Of a stretch of DNA of 55,645 bases, positions 51,865 to 55,645 are shown piece after piece. Where the stretch lies: NCBI RefSeq assembly GCF_004010195.1, contig NC_057719.1, forward strand, positions 54,337,926 to 54,393,570. The letters run 5' to 3'. The notes beneath the pieces are model-generated. The model was not told the DNA's origin and did no database searches. It saw only the letters and a program-made list of their open reading frames with translations. The stretch is from Chiloscyllium plagiosum (lineage: Eukaryota). The position numbers and the translations under genes are program-made. Positions within the stretch are counted from its first letter, which is position 1; each line of letters opens with the position of its first letter.

Positions 51865-52368
51865 ATATCAAACCTACAGCTCAGCGAGCAAACCTACACC
51901 CTAAACCTCAACCTGAGCTACAAACCTTCACAAACCTTGCAAAAATCCACTTTTCTGCTTCTGTGCTGTGATCTCTCCCAGGCAGGTTCCTCCAAGATCA
52001 GTTGTGAATTTCACTTTTTTTAAAAATCTTTCCCAGATGCACTCCGATGTCCAGCAATACATGAATTCAACAGCAAAGGCAGTAACTGCCAGCTCAGTCA
52101 GTTAGCAATATGAGTTCTTTTTTTTCTCTCTCTCCTGCACTGACTTCACCATATGCTGCCTTTGTCTGTTCTTATCCCTTTTAAAAGTGCTGTGGTTTTG
52201 ACTTATTTTCTCCAAATTTCCAAAACAATGCAACAGCATATAAAACAGTAATTGCTGCTCCTGGAATTCAAGGAAATCACCCCGAACTCCTAAAGTACCT
52301 CAAAAATGGAGCAACTGTTAGACCCAGAAAATTTTCCCATCCTCCATCTTGGACTACCCAGAATCCAC

Positions 52369-53445
52369 CAATGAATGCACAAAATGTTGGCAGAGGAAGT
52401 GGAATGTCGGGAAGTGTGAAGCTGCTCACTTTTGTCATAAGAATAGAGAAGCAGAATATTTTTTAAAAGTGTAAAACTTAGAAGGATTGATATTCAAAGA
52501 GACTTGAGTGTCAGGAATTTGCAATTGCATCAAACAATGAGGAAGGCATATGGAATGTTATTGTTTATTCCAAGGGGTATGGAGAATAAAGACATTTTCC
52601 TGTTTTATAGGTTTCTTTGTGAGAGTACATCTGGATAACTGTTTGCAGTTTTGGTTTTCACATTTAAGAGAGAATATACTTGTTCTGATGGTAGTTAAGT
52701 TAGGGTTGACTAAATTGATCCCTGGGAATATCCTATGTTGAGAAGTGAAATAAATTGGATTTAAATTTCCTGGTGTTTACAAGAGTGAGAGGCAAGGTTG
52801 TGGAGACACAAAAGGTTCTGAAGTGTTTTTATGGGGTATATGCTGAGGTATTGTTTAATATGATTGTGGAATGCTGTGGTTCTATTCGCCGAGCTGGAAG
52901 TTTTTGTTGCAAACGTTTCGTCCCCTGTCTAGGTGACATCCTCAGTGCTTGGGAGCCTCCTGTGAAGCGCTTCTGTGGTGTTTCCTCCGGCATTTATAGT
53001 GGCCTCTCCCTGCCGCTTCCGGTTGTCAGTTTCAGCTATCCGCTGTAGCAGTCAAATTCATGTTGCTTGTTGTCTGCGTGTGCGGCTACTAGGAATAGCT
53101 GGTCATGTCGTTTCGTGGCTAGTTGATGTTCGTGGATGCGGATGTGAAATCTAAAACACAGAGCATTTTCAAGGTAAGGAACCAATAATTTAGGACTGAG
53201 ATGAAGATAAATATCTACACTTAAAAACTGCAAGTCTATAGAATGCTCCACCTTGTAATTTCTGTATCCTTTTTATTGAATACATATCAGGCTGTAATAC
53301 ACTTTTGTCTCTTTGTGAATCAAAGGATATTGCAAGTGGACAGGAAGATAGACTTGAAGCCATACATTAGCCATGATCATATTGAATGATGGAATAGGCT
53401 TGATGGATCAGATAGTTTAGTTCTGCTTCTATTTCTTGTGCTCAT
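52369..53445 (+). mobile_element. Old CR1, right part
   Basis: FVRVHLDNCLQFWFSHLR; CR1 3' tail gttctgcttctatttcttgtg. Confidence 0.75.
52873..53141 (-). mobile_element. Internally deleted fragment of a second Poseidon-like PLE family
   Basis: IRIHEHQLATKRHD; pLTR with GCA-CUGAGGA-u-GUCACCU-agac-AGGGGAC-GAAA-C-GUU-UGC at 52909-52948(-). Confidence 0.85.
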
Positions 53446-53559
53446 GTTAACTCACAGATGAAGCTGATTGAAATAATCAACAACAATTTTGTCTCAGTGA
53501 TGACCATTGGCATTATAAGTGTAGATATGACATTAGACAAAAAAATAAAGAAGTAGAGG

Positions 53560-54997
53560 ATAAAAAAGAGAAAGTCAATCAAACTGAGTCAAGATACAAT
53601 CTTCCAGTCTGGATAGATTGCATCTTCAGATCTTAGAAGTTACAAAAGCGATAACAGAGACAAGATTATATACTTAAAAGGAACCTTTTTTAAAAAGTGC
53701 AAGAAAACTTGTGGATAACTAATGTGATTCCTAAATGTTAGGGGAAATAAAGACAAGTCCAGGGATAGATAGACCACTTACTTTAATGTAGATGATTGGA
53801 AAGGAGAAATAACAGAGAGGGTCAGTAATGTATTATGATCAGATTTAGTATGCTACAAGGCAATTGCTAAAGTGCTGTTTTATAGATTTCCCAGCAAATT
53901 TGAAACCCATTGAGTGAAAATGGCAAAGGTTGCATGAATACAAAATTGGCTCAGTGACAGGAAACAGAGGCGAACACTTGTTTTTCACTACTGGATGATG
54001 TTTCCTGTGGAGTTAAACTTGAATGTACAAAGTTCAAATTTTGCAGATTGCACAAAATTATAAACATTGCAAACTATGAGAAAGATAATTGTAGACTTCA
54101 ATATTACATTTGCTGCTAATAAAAAGAGTAGACAAAGGCAGATACATTTTATTGTAGTGATGTATGAAGTGCTATACTTTGGGAGAAAGAATTAGGAGAG
54201 AAAATACAATCAAAAAGGATATACACTACAGGGAGGTGCAGAAACGGAGTCCTCAGGGTATGGGTAAATAGCTCCTTGAAAGTAGTAGGACAGGTTGAAA
54301 GTGGTTAGAAAGGGACATAGGATCCAAAGCTTTATAAATAGAGGCATAGTGTAGAAAAGCAAGTAACTTACGATGAGTATTTATAAAACACTGATTGTCC
54401 TCATCAAGAGCAAAATGTTCTGAAGTAAGCTCACTGGAGCCAAAATGTTAACTCTGTTTTCTCTCCACAGGTGCTGCCAGTCTTGCTGAACTTTTTCAGC
54501 AATTTCTGTTTTTGTTTCTGATTTCCAGCATCTGCACATCTTTTGGTTTTTTTTTGCATCATGTGCAATTCTCAGCACTCCACTTTGGGATGCATGGAAT
54601 GAATTAAGAGAGGGTGCAAAAGGAATTGCCAAAAATGGTTCCAGGTTTGAGGGGCTTAAATTATTTGGATAGATTGATGAAACTGGGGTGGTTCATTTTC
54701 AAAAAGAGAAGGTTGAGAGGATGTGTTCAAATTCATGAACGTTCGCAACATAGTGGATAGAGACAAACTGTTCCCATTGATGAAACAGTTGAAAAGCAGG
54801 GGCACATACTTAAAATGAATGGTAAAGATTAAAAAGTGACATGGGAAAAAGTTCCTGATGCAGTAAAACTTGATCTGAAAGAGTAGTGAAGTCAGATTCA
54901 TCTGAGGTTTTCAAGAGAATTAGATAAGCACCTGAACAGTAATACAATTGCAGGTCTTCAAGAAAAGGGAAAGAGAGTAAAGCTAGTAATTGTTCTT
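53560..54997 (+). mobile_element. Very old CR1, decayed
   Basis: aattggctcagtgacaggaaacagag, ttttgcagattgcacaaaa, gtgctatactttgggag, aagagaaggttgagagga. Confidence 0.65.
54414..54555 (+). mobile_element. Older PLE pLTR mini-insertion, degenerate hammerhead
   Basis: ttctgaagtaagctcactggagccaaaatgtt...gctgccag.c.tgctga...ccagcatctgca matches the pLTR layout. Confidence 0.65.
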
Positions 54998-55645
54998 GCA
55001 GATCTTTGAAAGTTGCCACCCAGGTAAATAGTGCGGTGAAGAAGGCATATGGCGTACTGGCTTTTATTGGTAGAGGAATTGAGTTCCGGAGTACTGAGGT
55101 CATGTTGCAGTTGTATAAGACTCTGGTGCGGCCGCATCTGGAATACTGTGTGCAGTTTTGGTCGCCATACTATAGGAAGGACGTGGAGGCACTGGAACGG
55201 GTGCAGAGGAGGTTTACCAGGATGTTGCCTGGTATGGAAGGAAAATCATATGAGGAAAGACTGAGGCACTTGGGGCTGTTTTCACTAGAGAAAAGAAGGT
55301 TTAGAGGTGACTTGATTGAGGTGTACAAGATGATTAGGGGGTCAGATAGGGACGACAGTATGAACCTTTTCCCGCGTATGGAGTCGGGTATTACAAGAGG
55401 GCATAGCTTTAAATTAAGGGGTGGTAGATATAGGACAGATGTTAGGGGTAGATTCTTTACTCAGCGAGTCGTGAGTTCATGGAATGCCCTGCCAGTAGCA
55501 ATGGTGGACTCTCCCTCTTTATGGGCATTTAAACAGGCATTGGATAGGCATATGGAGGATAGTGGGCTAGTGTAGGTTAGGTGGGCTTGGATCGGCGCAA
55601 CATCAAGGGCCAAAGGGCCTGTACTGCGCTGTATTCCTCTATGTT
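54998..55645 (+). mobile_element. Young 5'-truncated CR1
   Basis: Uninterrupted ORF 55006..55575 encoding the CR1 ORF2 C-terminus; 3' UTR and tctatgtt tail. Confidence 0.95.

Larger units (their letters stand above)
49871..51941. mobile_element. Poseidon-like Penelope element with inverted ends and 15-bp TSD
   Basis: YKQTNGTPMGSPLS, WVRYIDDTF, NVIYKIQCKDCHKHYVGQTGR on minus; 49871-50175 inverted against ~51580-51903; aaaatccacttttct at 49856-49870 and 51942-51956. Confidence 0.93.
45741..52368 (-). mobile_element. Apparently full-length CR1 (5' UTR, ORF1 zinc finger + SGNH esterase, ORF2 APE-RT), frameshifted; PLE nested in its 5' UTR
   Basis: ORF1 CCFPGARIKDVSERV...VIVHIGTNDIG (48951..49172); ORF2 GASDYN, LDFSKAFNKVPH, SGVPQRAVLGP; (agagtcat)n tail at 45742-45760. 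Confidence 0.9.

Overview
Eukaryotic, repeat-dominated DNA. The repeat content (HE1/V-SINEs, HER1-like CR1 LINEs, DeuSINE, Penelope-like elements) points to a shark or other cartilaginous fish; this is an inference. One probable host feature is visible: a 3'-terminal coding exon at 2224-2375 (+). The rest is intergenic or UTR sequence filled with nested retroelements. These include many CR1 copies (one apparently full-length with an esterase ORF1), three large Penelope-like elements (PLEs: RT + GIY-YIG), an RTE fragment and several tRNA-derived SINE families. Two structures stand out. (1) About a dozen minimal hammerhead-ribozyme motifs from at least five families show clear stem covariation. 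They sit in PLE pseudo-LTRs and in 90-270 bp mini-insertions with target-site duplications (TSDs). (2) A decayed single-ORF LINE (41818-45010) appears to start with a tRNA-derived SINE head, and matching SINEs made of its 5' and 3' ends occur elsewhere in the window. Every ORF in the supplied track that I could recognise is a retroelement fragment. Family names come from motif recognition, not a database search, and boundaries of old repeats are approximate.
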